A DNA stretch of 56,168 nt, counting the filler, from Asterionella formosa (lineage: Eukaryota), in assembly GCA_002256025.1 (NCBI GenBank). It is 6 parts of 6 records of this genome, joined end to end, with 100 filler letters (N's around TTAATTAATTAA, not from the genome) between each part and the next. Parts side by side here need not be neighbours in the genome. Positions count along the whole stretch, not along the records: positions 18,766 to 28,045 come from NKIB01010879.1; positions 28,146 to 37,425 come from NKIB01010890.1; 4 more parts are not named here. One strand, 5' to 3'. This document shows, piece by piece, positions 21,654 to 34,149 of the stretch (position 1 is the first letter of the stretch; each line of letters begins with the position of its first letter). The notes under the pieces were generated by a model. It made no database searches. It was given only the letters and a program-made list of their open reading frames with translations, and was not told the DNA's origin. Both the position numbers and the translations under genes were made by a program.

Positions 21654-24084
21654 CCTGCACAGATTTTTTTGAGAGATTTTTTGGCATGCAGACTTCTCAT
21701 GTATCTGAACTTTTTAAACATATATAAGCTTATTGCCATTCATACCTCCGGAAACATACAGTTCTCTAGATTTAGATTAACTTTTCAGAAATGAAATATC
21801 CGTTGAATTGAGCTAGGGCAAGAGATTGAAAACCCAGAATGAATCCAGTCTATTAAACTGAAATCAGTCTAGCCGGAATGAATACAATATAGTATCTCAT
21901 AATTTTCAGTTTAACCCGATCTCTATTTTTGGGACTCACGTTGTCTTACTCTACCTGTAGTTGATCATTCTATCGATAATAGGTACTGGGTACTTGATTT
22001 GAGATTATAACGAAATTTACAAAGTAAAAAAGGGAAAAACAACACTTGGAGGAGCTTTGCAAGTTACCTGGTACCAGGTACAAGGGGTACAACTTAAAAA
22101 GCTGAAAGGCAATGTGAAATTGTCGGCCGAAGTTTCTTAAATGATAAAATTCGAAAAGATTGTGAATGTTATTTTAGTTGACCAATAGAAAGGGGATAGC
22201 TATCATTTAATCAGTTCTACAGTACACCTGTGAATAGATTTTCCATTAGATCTAACGTTTTACTCAGCATACGTTAACAAACTGATTGATTATTCAAATA
22301 TTTTGACATGTTGATTACAATTTTGATATATCACAAGCCGTGTCTGTATGATCAATCAAATATGTATGTTAGGTAACTAGCATACACACGTTAGGTTATG
22401 CGTATATAAGAACTTGTAAATATTAGTTGCCAAATCTAACCCATTAACCAAAATGGTTGATATATTGATCAAATGTTTTGTTATGTTGATGATAATTTTG
22501 ATATTGGTACTCCCCAATAAGCGAAATGAGCTTTTGCATATTGAATCAACGGAGAAGAAAGGAAACGTGCACTTAGTTTACAATTTGTTGATGTCCTCCC
22601 AACGATTGTCATCCACGTACCACATTGATGGCTTCATTAGCTTAAACATACTCCATCCTTCGAAGGCGCAATGTATAAAAGTTACAATGTTTTTCGTTAT
22701 TGCATAAACTTTCCTTGGTATATTCTTTACTTTGATATTTCTTTTCACAAAGCAGGCATTGTTTGTCAACATGACAGAACGATTTCAATTATATTTGCCA
22801 TGTATATAGTTATAAAATTTGTTAATATATAAATATATCAAGTGTCATACATTTATAAAATTCAAAGACACTCTCATTCGGTCCAACCTTTGGAATCCTA
22901 ATATCAAATAGAATTTGTAGCTTTTGATCTAACGTTCATGACAACTTATCTAACTAATTTTTCTCATTGATCAAACCTATTATCATGTTCGATCAATGAT
23001 GAACACAAAACGATTTAAATGGATTGTTATTTAATACTCAAATATTATACTTCTGGTCACCCATACTTTCCACTGTGCATCCTCTATCAGAACGAGCAGA
23101 CAGTGGTCTCCAACACCTTAATTTTCACTTCCGGTATCTATGTTTAGATCATTGCCTTCTCAAAATGAAATGAGAGAGTATACGAAATTGATGATGTTTT
23201 ATTCGAAGCTCTACCATTGCGAATGGCAGCAAGTCAAATTCTCTAATGTTCTTGTACAACTTTCCTGTACGAGATAATAACAACAATGTTAGCAAAACTG
23301 TTACATCAAGTGAGCAAGACAGCCATCTAAACGAAGATATGTGCAATAAAACGATCACATGAACAATCCATCACTCCAATTTCCATATGAGCAGGCAACT
23401 CGCATATTACTTACCTGTGCGAGAGTTGTACCGCACACTGCCACTATGTTGTTCACTAATTCTGGAAAGAATGGCTACCCAAAACATCAGAAACCACACC
23501 AAGATTATACACCGACAGAATACGAAAGGGAAACTCCTATGCCTTTGGGAATGATGATGTCCTTGTCTTTAGGAGGGAACTGTTTAAATATATGGGATAA
23601 TTGTGCGGATGAGAATCATGCAATACATTTGTCCATATCATTCAAATTCATCTTTCTCATGCGTGGAGATATAGTCAATGGAGAAATGGACACTCTGTCG
23701 CCGAACTGAAACGACAGGATAACAACATACACACTGATGGATCAATATTTGGTCGTAACTAAAAAATTTCGTCATTCTTATTGCAACATGACGGAATAGG
23801 GTGGTCTATTGATCTAATTTCATAAAAACCAATCCAAAAATAAGTTTTTGGGCTTTTGTTGTTAGTAACGGCCGTAAAGTAACCTTCAAAAACATAAGAG
23901 ATTCATCAATGGCATGAGGAATACCGCAATACTGGTAGGGCAAACCTACTGTTTGAGAGTACCGACAAATTATACAGTATTTTAACATGAATGTTTATTT
24001 GGTACCGATGCGTATCATCATGAAACTTAGTTACAAGTGCAGACGAATTCATTTCATTCGATGGCTAATGGTATTGGTTGACAA

Positions 24085-25840
24085 ATGTTATCAGGTGCTA
24101 CACGAAGGATCTATAACTGGTGTCCACTATATGGCTACAAAGTGAGGAAAAATCGGAAACCATCGAGAATGCATCACAATATTTGCTCGAATCATTCTTT
24201 CGTACCATTTAGTTGGTGTCGTGTTTGTTATCAAGAACACCAGCTAGATCCCTCGATCGTGGCATCGTCGGAATTCTGTTTTAAAACTCCCTCTGAACAC
24301 CTTATCACGAGCAGACAAACATTGGAAGGCATTCACCAACCAGCCTGTGATGTTTCTTTCCCCGAAGGAAATAATAGTTTCCAAGATGATGATGATATTA
24401 TCTCGACAAAGGACCGAGAAGAGACTATAAAGTTTGAATCGATTTCCGGAAAAACATACAGTATTTTGAAAACAATGAACAAAGAAGCAGGACTTTTATT
24501 GGATCAATCAAAGCATATTCCTCTGCCATACAACTTGTCTATTCCCACTAGAGAAACATTGGCAATGGACCCAATCGAGTTAGAGCTAATGGTATTTATC
24601 AACAAACATTTCTTGCCACCATCATAATTTGACCATATAATGAATTGGGCTTTCAAGGCTCATGATGATGGCTATTTCTAGAAAAAGCAATATACACCGT
24701 CCCATCAGACATTTAGTTGTTGGTAAAACAATGGCAAAGTGAACCTAATTTAGGATTTCAACTACCCTGCACTCTGCATTATTTCGATCCTGTTGGGTTA
24801 CTGGGTTCCATGCTATGAGATCCTGACGTGATGAAACATTTTGTGTACTACCCGCAAGAGAAATTCACAACTTGCGGAAAACGCATCTACGATGAAACTA
24901 CTTCTGCAGAATGTTTTCACTCAGCTTTTAATGAATCAATTTGTCTATCGAGTGTAGGAAAAAGGTGGAAGCATGGCAATTGGTGTCGTTGTTACCTGAC
25001 GTAGAAGTTAGTAATTTACAAAAAAATTCAAATATATCAGATTTGAGTACTAAGGTACGGTTTGCTCAATATCATCGGTCTACAGGATTTTTATTGGAAC
25101 TTTTTCGTGATCCAAACAAAAGGTTATGAATTGCTTGCTCATGGATTGGGTAAAACGAAAGATTTCTTTCAAATTGGAATGATCATTGGTGATACAGATG
25201 AAAACAACAAAATATGCGGTTGTCGAGCGGGGAATGGAAAATACAGACTTCATACCTGTAGAGACTGTACAGTTACTACTCCGAACTCTGATAATCCATA
25301 TGCAAAATGCGAACCACGCCTTGTGAACTACACTAAACCATATCTGGAATGGGTTTTGAGAAAAATTCATCATTCAGATGGAAAGTTACCAAATTTACCT
25401 GATTCCTTTGATATAACAAAGCAAAGTTGCAGATATGCAGACCAACCAAAGATGAATGGTGTCGACAAATATCACAAAACACGATTATTCCAGCCCTTTT
25501 CTACCACTATTTCGGTGGTGATAAGCAGGGAGTCCTTGGTGCTACCCCTTTTGAAACTCTGCACCAATTTCTACAGATCAGTCACTGAAGTTTGGAAACA
25601 ATTTTTGAACAAACAAACATGTCCAGATGTACCTGAACCATACAAAATTAGAAAAGGAGATATCCAAGAAGAAAAAACATGACAAGAGTGGTGGGGAAGA
25701 ACTACCAATTACTGACGATGATACATGTTCTGAACAACAACGATATCTACATTGGCAAAAGTCTAGACCGAAGTTGGAAAATCAAAATCATAATATATTT
25801 TCAAAAATATCTTTTGAAAGGATAGCAAGATTCATCAATG
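24085..25840 (+). pseudogene. Plavaka-like (CACTA-related) transposase relic, copy 1, internally deleted and 3'-truncated
   Basis: PCTLHYFDP, KHFV..PQ.K.TTCGKRIYDE.TSA, AWQLVSLLPD, IIGDTDENNKICG, CRDC, GATPFETLHQF. Homologous to 34150-37410, with many stops and frameshifts. Confidence 0.75.
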
Positions 25841-27271
25841 GTGGCCGAGTGTAGTTATTGTTGAACAGAGCAAAGCAGCGTAATTTGCATGTTCCGCCAG
25901 TGTAGTTTTTACACAATACACATGCCGGAATAAATACAGCTATAACAAAGAAAAACGACATGACAATGAACGTGATGGCTGGATACCGTATGTGATATGC
26001 ATCAATCCATATCAAAAATCATATTTTACTGATGTACATATCAACGCATCTGTATACTTAGATCCTATCCACTGTATATTACTAACATATTAACTATTGG
26101 CTTTTACTGTATACATTAAAAGTCGATTTTATATATTTAGTAACAAAATTATGATTGATTTATTAATTTTTTAAATTTTCTGTGATGTATCCATAACACT
26201 TGCGTACATATTTTATCGTATTTTATTGTCATTGTATTATTTTAACATAATCATATTTTGATCAAAATTATATGATAAACATTTTATAAAATAATCATAG
26301 TTTTATGATCAATGCATCGTAGCTATACTTTATTCAATATTACGTATCATACTTTGGTGATTTATGCATCGATGTAAACCTATCGTGATATCACATTATC
26401 ATCTTATCAATCATGATGAGATGATTGGCTGGGAACTGTAGTATTCTGCATCGTACTACGGAGTTCACATACCGGTACTCACACGCTAATCAGGTTTGAG
26501 GCAACGGACAGTGGTTCGAACGAGCGAATGATGGTACAACGGGTACCAATTTTTCCAGCGGCAAACCGCAATGATGAAGGACACTTGTCCCTCTATTGAT
26601 GAGGATGACATGCCAGACACCGACTTTTTCAGTAGTAAACAACAATGAAGAGACCCACTTGTCGCTCTATTAATAATGTTCACAAAGATACAGACAAGTT
26701 CAACGTTGAATACAAAAACAACATACCAATGAAAACAAGTCGACAATGGCTGTGTGTACGCACACGCCAAGCAGGTTTGAGGCAACGGACAATTCCAACA
26801 AGCAAATGACGATACAGATATCAATTTCTTCCTACGAGCAAACAACAATGAAAAGAGCCACTTGCTTTCGCTCTCTTGCTTGTTGGTATCAAAGATGCGG
26901 ACAAGTTCAATAGTTAATTCAAGTACAGTATGCCAAATGCAGAAACGAGCGAGCGATATGAAAATGAAATGCGTTCTAATCAGAATCATTCTATAACTAT
27001 AGCTATGTGGACAGTAGTCTGTTACGCACATTTTCGTATCCCCTTCTATGCTGAATCTCAATAGTAGATGTAGTATCATGTGAGAATTGAAAATGTCAAC
27101 AAGAACAAGTAGAATGTGTTTGTTTACGGGACAGGTTGATTGGTGAGATTGTCATGCTGAAGTGGACAAAACGGATATACTTTGTGCGCTGTGTGCGGAA
27201 ACATTACGAGTTCGAATGGTTTCTTCTCTCCTGTAAACTCTTGATGGAATGATTATGAAGAAAGGTTCACT
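25839..27271. repeat. ~1.4-kb non-coding repeat, inverted homolog of 30290-31762
   Basis: Collinear, high nucleotide similarity. The spurious ORFs 26486-27079 and 30357-31037 give near-identical translations. Confidence 0.92.
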
Positions 27272-28045
27272 CATCAGTAGACATAATTCCACCAGTGTTG
27301 ATTTTGAGTAATAAAAATCACGTAAAAAAATTGGGTTGCCTGCCACTGGCTAGAAGTACATTTACCTAGTACCGGTAATAACCTACATAACATGAAAACT
27401 GGGAAGAGGGAGCTTTTTTACCGGTAAGTGTGAGTTCTTCATGTGATGTATCTCAGATGGATGACATTAGACACCACAAATATCCTTACTATTTCATTAA
27501 ATAAAATGCGTGTTGTGAATGTATTAGCCTCAAGAGCAGGATCTTAGTTGAACTTTCAAATGAATGATTTGAAACATCAACTAATTCAGTCTCACGTTCA
27601 AAATTCATTGTGAAAACTTTACATGAAACAGTTAAAACTTCACATGAAACCGTTAAAAGTAATCTTTTTACGTGAAGAGGGGCATTAATGCATGCGAAGT
27701 ACCACATAATTAACACTCATACATAGACGAAATTTCGAAAAGTCAAATGAATTATTTGAAACATCAACGCGTTCAAAATTCATTGTGAAAACTTCACAAG
27801 TGGCGTATTTCGCTACTTAGATGTTGTTGACGACGATGTTGATTTTGAATGGATCTAATAGAATCCAATGCATACTTAGTAGTTACATAATAATTATAGT
27901 TAGTGTGAGACTTCTACAAATGCAAGCCATATCATAGATGATAGGAAAACATTGATTCTGCTCTATACTACTATTACTATTAGTGCCGCCTGTACTACAT
28001 GTAGCGGTATACCTCCATTTTTACTACTATAGTGGAGTGATAATT

Positions 28046-28145
28046 NNNNNNNNNNNNNNNNNNNNNNNNNNNNNNNNNNNNNNNNNNNNTTAATTAATTA
28101 ANNNNNNNNNNNNNNNNNNNNNNNNNNNNNNNNNNNNNNNNNNNN
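28046..28145. other. Artificial contig linker
   Basis: N44-TTAATTAATTAA-N44. Confidence 0.98.
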
Positions 28146-28488
28146 TATTATGACTATTCTATTGCTGTTCCAAGTACATCGTTGTCAGCACTCACGCATG
28201 TACCTAATCTGGTGGCTGCGCCGGTATGGTTCGTACGGCGCATGTATGGAGCATCATATGCAGATATTAACACTTACAATGGAATTTTTCGGACAGGAGA
28301 TTTTAGGACTAAAAATTCCGGCACACGACTGCCATTCCAATGATGACGTTTTGGCACTTAATAATTCTGATTCCGATATTTTGGCGACCGTAGAAAAGGC
28401 CGATTTTGTCGAGTTTTTGGACGACGATAGCTAAACGTTGGCTGGGTCTGATGGCGATTTAGATACATAGGCAACTTTCAAATAGCAC

Positions 28489-28641
28489 CAGTATATAACT
28501 TCTGGCGAGAAACTGCAGAAAGGAACTTCGGTTTTTTTACTATGCCAAATAAACAGATTTCCCCCGAAATTTCGAGTCTTTTTAGCGTAGCTAAAAAACC
28601 GAAGTTCCTTTCTGCAGTTTCTGACCAGATCCTATATACTG
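28489..28641. mobile_element. 153-bp MITE-like hairpin with CAGTATA...TATACTG ends
   Basis: ~55-bp inverted arms with a perfect core AGAAACTGCAGAAAGGAACTTCGGTTTTTT / AAAAAACCGAAGTTCCTTTCTGCAGTTTCT; no clear TSD. Confidence 0.7.
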
Positions 28642-30289
28642 ACAATATATTGAGTGAACCTACAGCCCTACTTTGTCCGAAGACTGTATTTAAGCATATG
28701 GAAAGGGTGTGTATTGGTGAAAGCTCCGTTGAGCGTTATACATTTTTAATTTATATGTGTAAAGTACGTGTTTGATTAGTCTGACTGAATATTATTTTCT
28801 TAACCCTACCTCGAGCTATGGGTTCAAATGCAGCAACCTTAAATTTGGACCAACGGTACTTATGATCGGACCGCCAGGCAGACGCGTAAAACGCACGAAA
28901 TAAGCGCAAAGATTCGCTTGTGCAAAGCAGTATATTCCTCTACGCAAGTTTGTAGCGTAGGATGTAATATGACAAAACGAACGAATATGTTGATTTTAAA
29001 TATTAGACAGCCTGGTCCAAACAGGTACTGACGAGCGGGGAGGGCTGGCCGAAATATGTACCAGCGAACATGGACTGTGTACACAAATAGCAAGGAGGCC
29101 GATTCCAGCGAAATTATCGTTTTCTTGAGTACAATTTTTGCTCTATCGTGAACAATGATGAAGCAGAGAAAACGAACAAGCCAGCACGATGATCGCCGGT
29201 GGAGCTTCCAGTGCACACGTGAGCCAGACAACGCTCAGGAGGACTAGCAACGTAAGTGTGCTATGTTGTAGTAAGCCAATACAATAGTGCGTAGGTTTAC
29301 TAGTACAAAGAGTACGAAGAATGACGGATGTGCTGTGGTGGAACGGATATAGATCATTACACGAAGATCTGGTTCAACGAGAATGAACCAATTATCTACC
29401 AGATACTCGTACACAGGTTTACGTATGACGATCGATGCAGCAAAAATATGCTCAAGAATGAGAAGGATTTGCGACGAAGCCAAAAACAAAACGCTGATGT
29501 GTTGCGAAGAATGAAAGGAAGGCAACCTTAGAATGCCAAATAAAACTCTTTTACTCAATACAATTGTGTACTGCTGCTGTGTAGTGTAGTATATATCTAG
29601 ACTGATGTAGCAGACAAATGAACGACGTAAAAACAAGCGAATACGAATGAGATTTTGTGGTCAGCACCAATGGTGAAATCGAATTAACAATCAACAATGT
29701 CGTTTTGTTCAAGGAAACAGCTTGAGCTCATAACCCGTCATGAAAGAGGATAAGATAGCGAACGACGATGATGACGAAGGAGGAGGAGAGTAGGGTAAGT
29801 CAATTAACGAACCTGACAAGCTCAATAGGAGTTTGTAAGGGCTATGTTAAATAGAGTGATTATAGTAAAGTAAAAGTAAATAGACACAAACATAGAAGAA
29901 CAGCAACACAGGTAGAGGCAACCGTCTGCAAATAAAAACTATCATATTTCCATGATGCATCATAGGATTGTGATCATCTGATCATAATATTTTGTTATAT
30001 CATCTAATAATTTTGATAAATGCCTTTGTAATTTAATAGTAACCCTTTTGACTACATATATTTAATTATTATATGTATTGTTTCTATTTGATTCCTGTAT
30101 TCGAATTTCTTGGTAGGATAATGTATCAGTTCAAGTAATGTAATTTGGCTCGTCATTTCCATCCGTCATCACTCCGATTTTTGCAACAACAACGAAATAC
30201 TAGTGATGACAAGTGGAATGAATGTTTGCGATAATGTCTTCAATTTGTTGGTCAAGTGATCATTATATCTTCGAGTAATCGTCACGTGC

Positions 30290-31762
30290 AGTGAGCCTTT
30301 GTTCATAATCATTCAATTAAGAGTTTACAGGAGAGAAGAAACCATTCGAACTCGTAATGGTTCCGCATACAGCGCACAAAGTAAATCCGTTTCGTCGACT
30401 TCAGCATGACAATTTCGCCAATCAACCCGAAAACAAACACATTCTACTTGTTCTCGTTGACATTTTCAATTCTCACATGATACTACATCTACTATTGAGA
30501 TTCAGCATAGAAAGAGATAAGAAAATGTGCGTAACAGACTACTGTCCACATAGCTATAGTTATAGAATGATTCTGATTAGAATTTCATTTTCATATCGCT
30601 TGCTCGTTTCTGCATTTGGCATACTGTACTTGAATTAACTATTGAACTTGTCCGCATCTTTGATACCCTCAAGAGAGCGAATGCAAGTAGCTCTTTTCAT
30701 TGTTGTTTGCTTGTAGGAAGAATTTGATATCTGTATCGTCATTTGCTTGTTGGAATTGTCCGTTGCCTCAAACCTGCTTGGCGTGTGCATACACACACTG
30801 TCGACTTGTTTTCATTGGAATGTTGTTCTTGTATTCACTGTTGAACTTGTCCGCATCTTTGTTAACACCAATAGAGCGACAAGTGGGTCTCTTCATTGTT
30901 GTTTGCTCCTGGAAAAGTCGGTGTCCGTGTCCATGTCATCCTCATCAATAGAGAGACAAGTTCTTTCACTGGAAAAATTGGTACTCGTGGTATCATCATT
31001 CGCTCGTTGGAACCACTGTCCGTTGTCTCAAACCTGATAAGCGTGTGAGTATGTGCACTGTCGACTTTTGTACATTACAGGCGGAATGACTTAGCTACTA
31101 AATTGCGTGATACAATAATATACCCCATAAGCACGATGCAGAATACAGTTCCCAATCATCTCATCATGATTGATAAGATGATAATGTGATATGTGATATC
31201 ATGATAGGGTTACATCGATGCATACATCACCAAAGTATGATATGTAATATTGAATAAAGTACATCACATAGCTATGATACATTGATCATAAAACTATAAT
31301 GATTTTATAAAATGTTTATGATATAATTTTGATCAAAATATGATTCTGTTAAAATAGTACAATGACAATAAAATACGATAAAATATGTACGCAAGTGTTA
31401 CCAAGACATCATAGAAAATAAATCAAGCAATCATAAAGTATGTTAATTAATATATGTGTTTGTCGTTTAATTTATACAGTTAAAGTCAACAGTTAATATG
31501 ATAGTATTATACAGTGGATAGGATCTAAGTATACGGATGCGTTGATATGTACATCACTATAATATGATTTGTGATATGGATTGATGCATATCACATACCG
31601 GTATCCTCAACAACCGGCCATCACGTTCATTGTTGTGTCGTCTTTCCTAGTTTTAGCTATATACCGGTATATGCCAGCATGTGTATTGTGTAAACACTAC
31701 GCTGGCGGAACATGCATATTACACTGTGCTCTGTTCAACAATTACTGCATTCGGTTACCATC
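30290..31762. repeat. ~1.47-kb non-coding repeat (homolog of 25839-27271) upstream of the Ulp1-like ORF
   Basis: Contains two internal diverged units (TTGAACTTGTCCGCATCTTTG; TGTCCGTTG.CTCAAACCTG) and an AT-rich ATCAT/ATGAT-rich block. Confidence 0.92.
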
Positions 31763-31857
31763 ACACCAGTTCCACCTCCACAAACGCCGCAAAAAGCTCC
31801 GCATTTCCATTCCACTGTTTTACATCATAGTCTTCTGGCCCTTTGACAACTTTCCAA

Positions 31858-34059
31858 ATGGCATTTGACGGATTTCATGGAAAGGATCAGTCAAACAAGA
31901 AACGAGACTTACTTCCATTGTTTACACTACACGACTTTATGTTTTCGGAAAAGAAGAAGAAGAAACTTATGAAATCAATCGAAGATTCCTTTGAATACAC
32001 TCAAAGATCAAATGAATTTGAACAGATTCATAATACTCCAGAAAAAATAATGAAGCAAGTATGCCGATACAATAGTGGCTGAGATTGAAAAGAAGGAAAG
32101 ATTGCTTTCGAAGAGGAAACCCAAACAGTTGTTCTTCACAGATCAAGACTCTATTCGTACAGAGTCACAGTTCCATCCAGTGTCGTATTTTGCTCATTCA
32201 CCCGAAATCGATGATAATGAAGAAGAACTCAGTGATTCTCATTCATTTGATGAAAAAAATCATGCGATGAAAGAAAATATCGGCGGAAATGTGGCAGACA
32301 TCACTTCTGAAGTAGAAATGGTTGAAAAGTTGCAAAACCAAGAAACATATCTCACTATCCGTCCAGAACATCAAGATGATCATCATGAAAGCAGAGAAAC
32401 TATTGCATTTCTAAAAGAAAAGATATTCAAGAAAAAGTCTGATCTAGATCAAGACCTCGCTCGAATTCAAGAAGATCAATGCAGACAGAGATGTGATGCT
32501 GGCTAAGGCAGTTGATGCTCTGATTAGGGAACGAAGTCTGAAGCACAAAATTGAATTTTTTCCAAATCATACATGGAAGAAAAAGAATTTCTTTGTAAAA
32601 TCATTAAAAACAATCCAGAAGGCAGCTACTTTTGTGAAGAGTTGGCATGTGAAATGTGTGGAGTTATTATGCCAAAGCAAACGGCATTTTCCTTGAGTTT
32701 GCCGAAATCGCATGGACAACTAAAATTGTGGAAAGAGTTGTACACTCATACCCCACAAGATATATTAAATTACCCCTCTTTATTTGATGGAGTCAAAGGT
32801 ATCAAAAAATCATCTTCAGATTTTAAAGATCTTGCATATTGGGACCTTGGAACAATTACCTTGCTCTATGATCCATTATATAATTCATTAACTTCATCAA
32901 ACTGATGTAAAGGTTGTATTTGATCTGGATGAGAACCCAGAAAAGGGTAATAACAAGCCATATATATACCAAGGTGATTGTAATCCACTTCATTATGACA
33001 GTAACTATGTGCTAATTGTTTATTGCAAAAGATCAGATGAGGAGGAAAACAATCATTTTGTGCATTATCTTTTTGCTATAATAGATGGATTATGTCAAGT
33101 CCGTGACCCAGGAAAAGATGCAAGTGTGGATGAACATTATAATCAAGTATTTCACCTTGCCTGTAAGTACTGCATCATCCCTGGATGCACCAAACAATTG
33201 GAATTGTTATGCACCAATACAGGGTATCTTCCACAAGAATCCCATATACCTGAAGAAATTGGGTTCTTGGAATCTTTCTATACTGGCACCAAACAAGCAC
33301 CATTGCAGATCAGTATGGCCACTGAACACGATTCCATGTTATTTCAACCAGAAGATGACAGTGGATCGTCATGTGGACCTTTTACAATTTGTGAAAGTGT
33401 TGGAAACTCTATTGCAATGAGAAAGGAATGGCAAAAGCAAATTTCTTGGCAAACGGTCACATTTCCGTTTGGAGACTGAGTCCTGGAAAGCTTTAAAACG
33501 TCAGGTGGCAGCAACAGATCGAACAGACGTTTTTTAATCTGTTACATCTGACCCACCAACCAAGTCAACTTACTTTCATCTTGGAACAGTTTGGCCTCAA
33601 GTGACAACGACAAACATTCATGAGGATATGTTTCAGTTGGAAATAACTGTTCTTCAATTTTGTATCGACAAAATTTTGAGCTCCTATTTAGATTTAAAAA
33701 TGTTGAACGAAGTATTTGGACGACTTCCTTGCAATTCATCTTTCAAGAACGATGATGTTGTCAAGGTGAAATCCATGATCCAACAAATGAATGAAAAAGT
33801 TGCTCCCTTCAAATGGTATAATCATGCACCTCTTGGCCAAATTTCTGGATGCATCAAAATTGACAAAAAGTTGAAAAAATATTTTGTAAGTGATGATAGC
33901 CCTTCTGGAATCAAATTGAAGAAGTTTGCAGACTCGCTCTTATTGATCTGCAGTTGAAAAGTGGAGAAGCAAAATTTCGGACAAAACGAGAAGGACCATC
34001 TTTGGTTCTTTGGGAGTGAAAAAGAACAAATAATGGACCATTGGATAATCATTTCTTAG
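31858..34059 (+). pseudogene. Fragmented ORF with Ulp1/SENP-like (C48) cysteine protease domain, convergent with the Plavaka-like transposase
   Basis: Chain of frameshifted ORFs from 31843 to 33957. KVIVI/PLHYDS(N)YVLIV...IIDGL...FQPEDDSGSSCGPFTI follows the C48 order IP.H...HW.L / D / Q..D..SCG, with N at the catalytic His position. Confidence 0.6.
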
Positions 34060-34149
34060 GAAATTGTAGTTTGTGAAAACCTCATAATAACCAATTTAGT
34101 ATGCGAAACTAAATTGTTACCATTATCATTTATATTATTCTTATATATT

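Noticed and set aside
26486..27079. 197-aa ORF and its counterparts at 30357-31037 as a conserved gene
   Set aside because: The similarity comes from the DNA repeat; indels break the frame between copies and the composition is not protein-like.
28860..29640. Short ORFs on both strands as viral or TE genes
   Set aside because: No motif recognised and all frames are interrupted.
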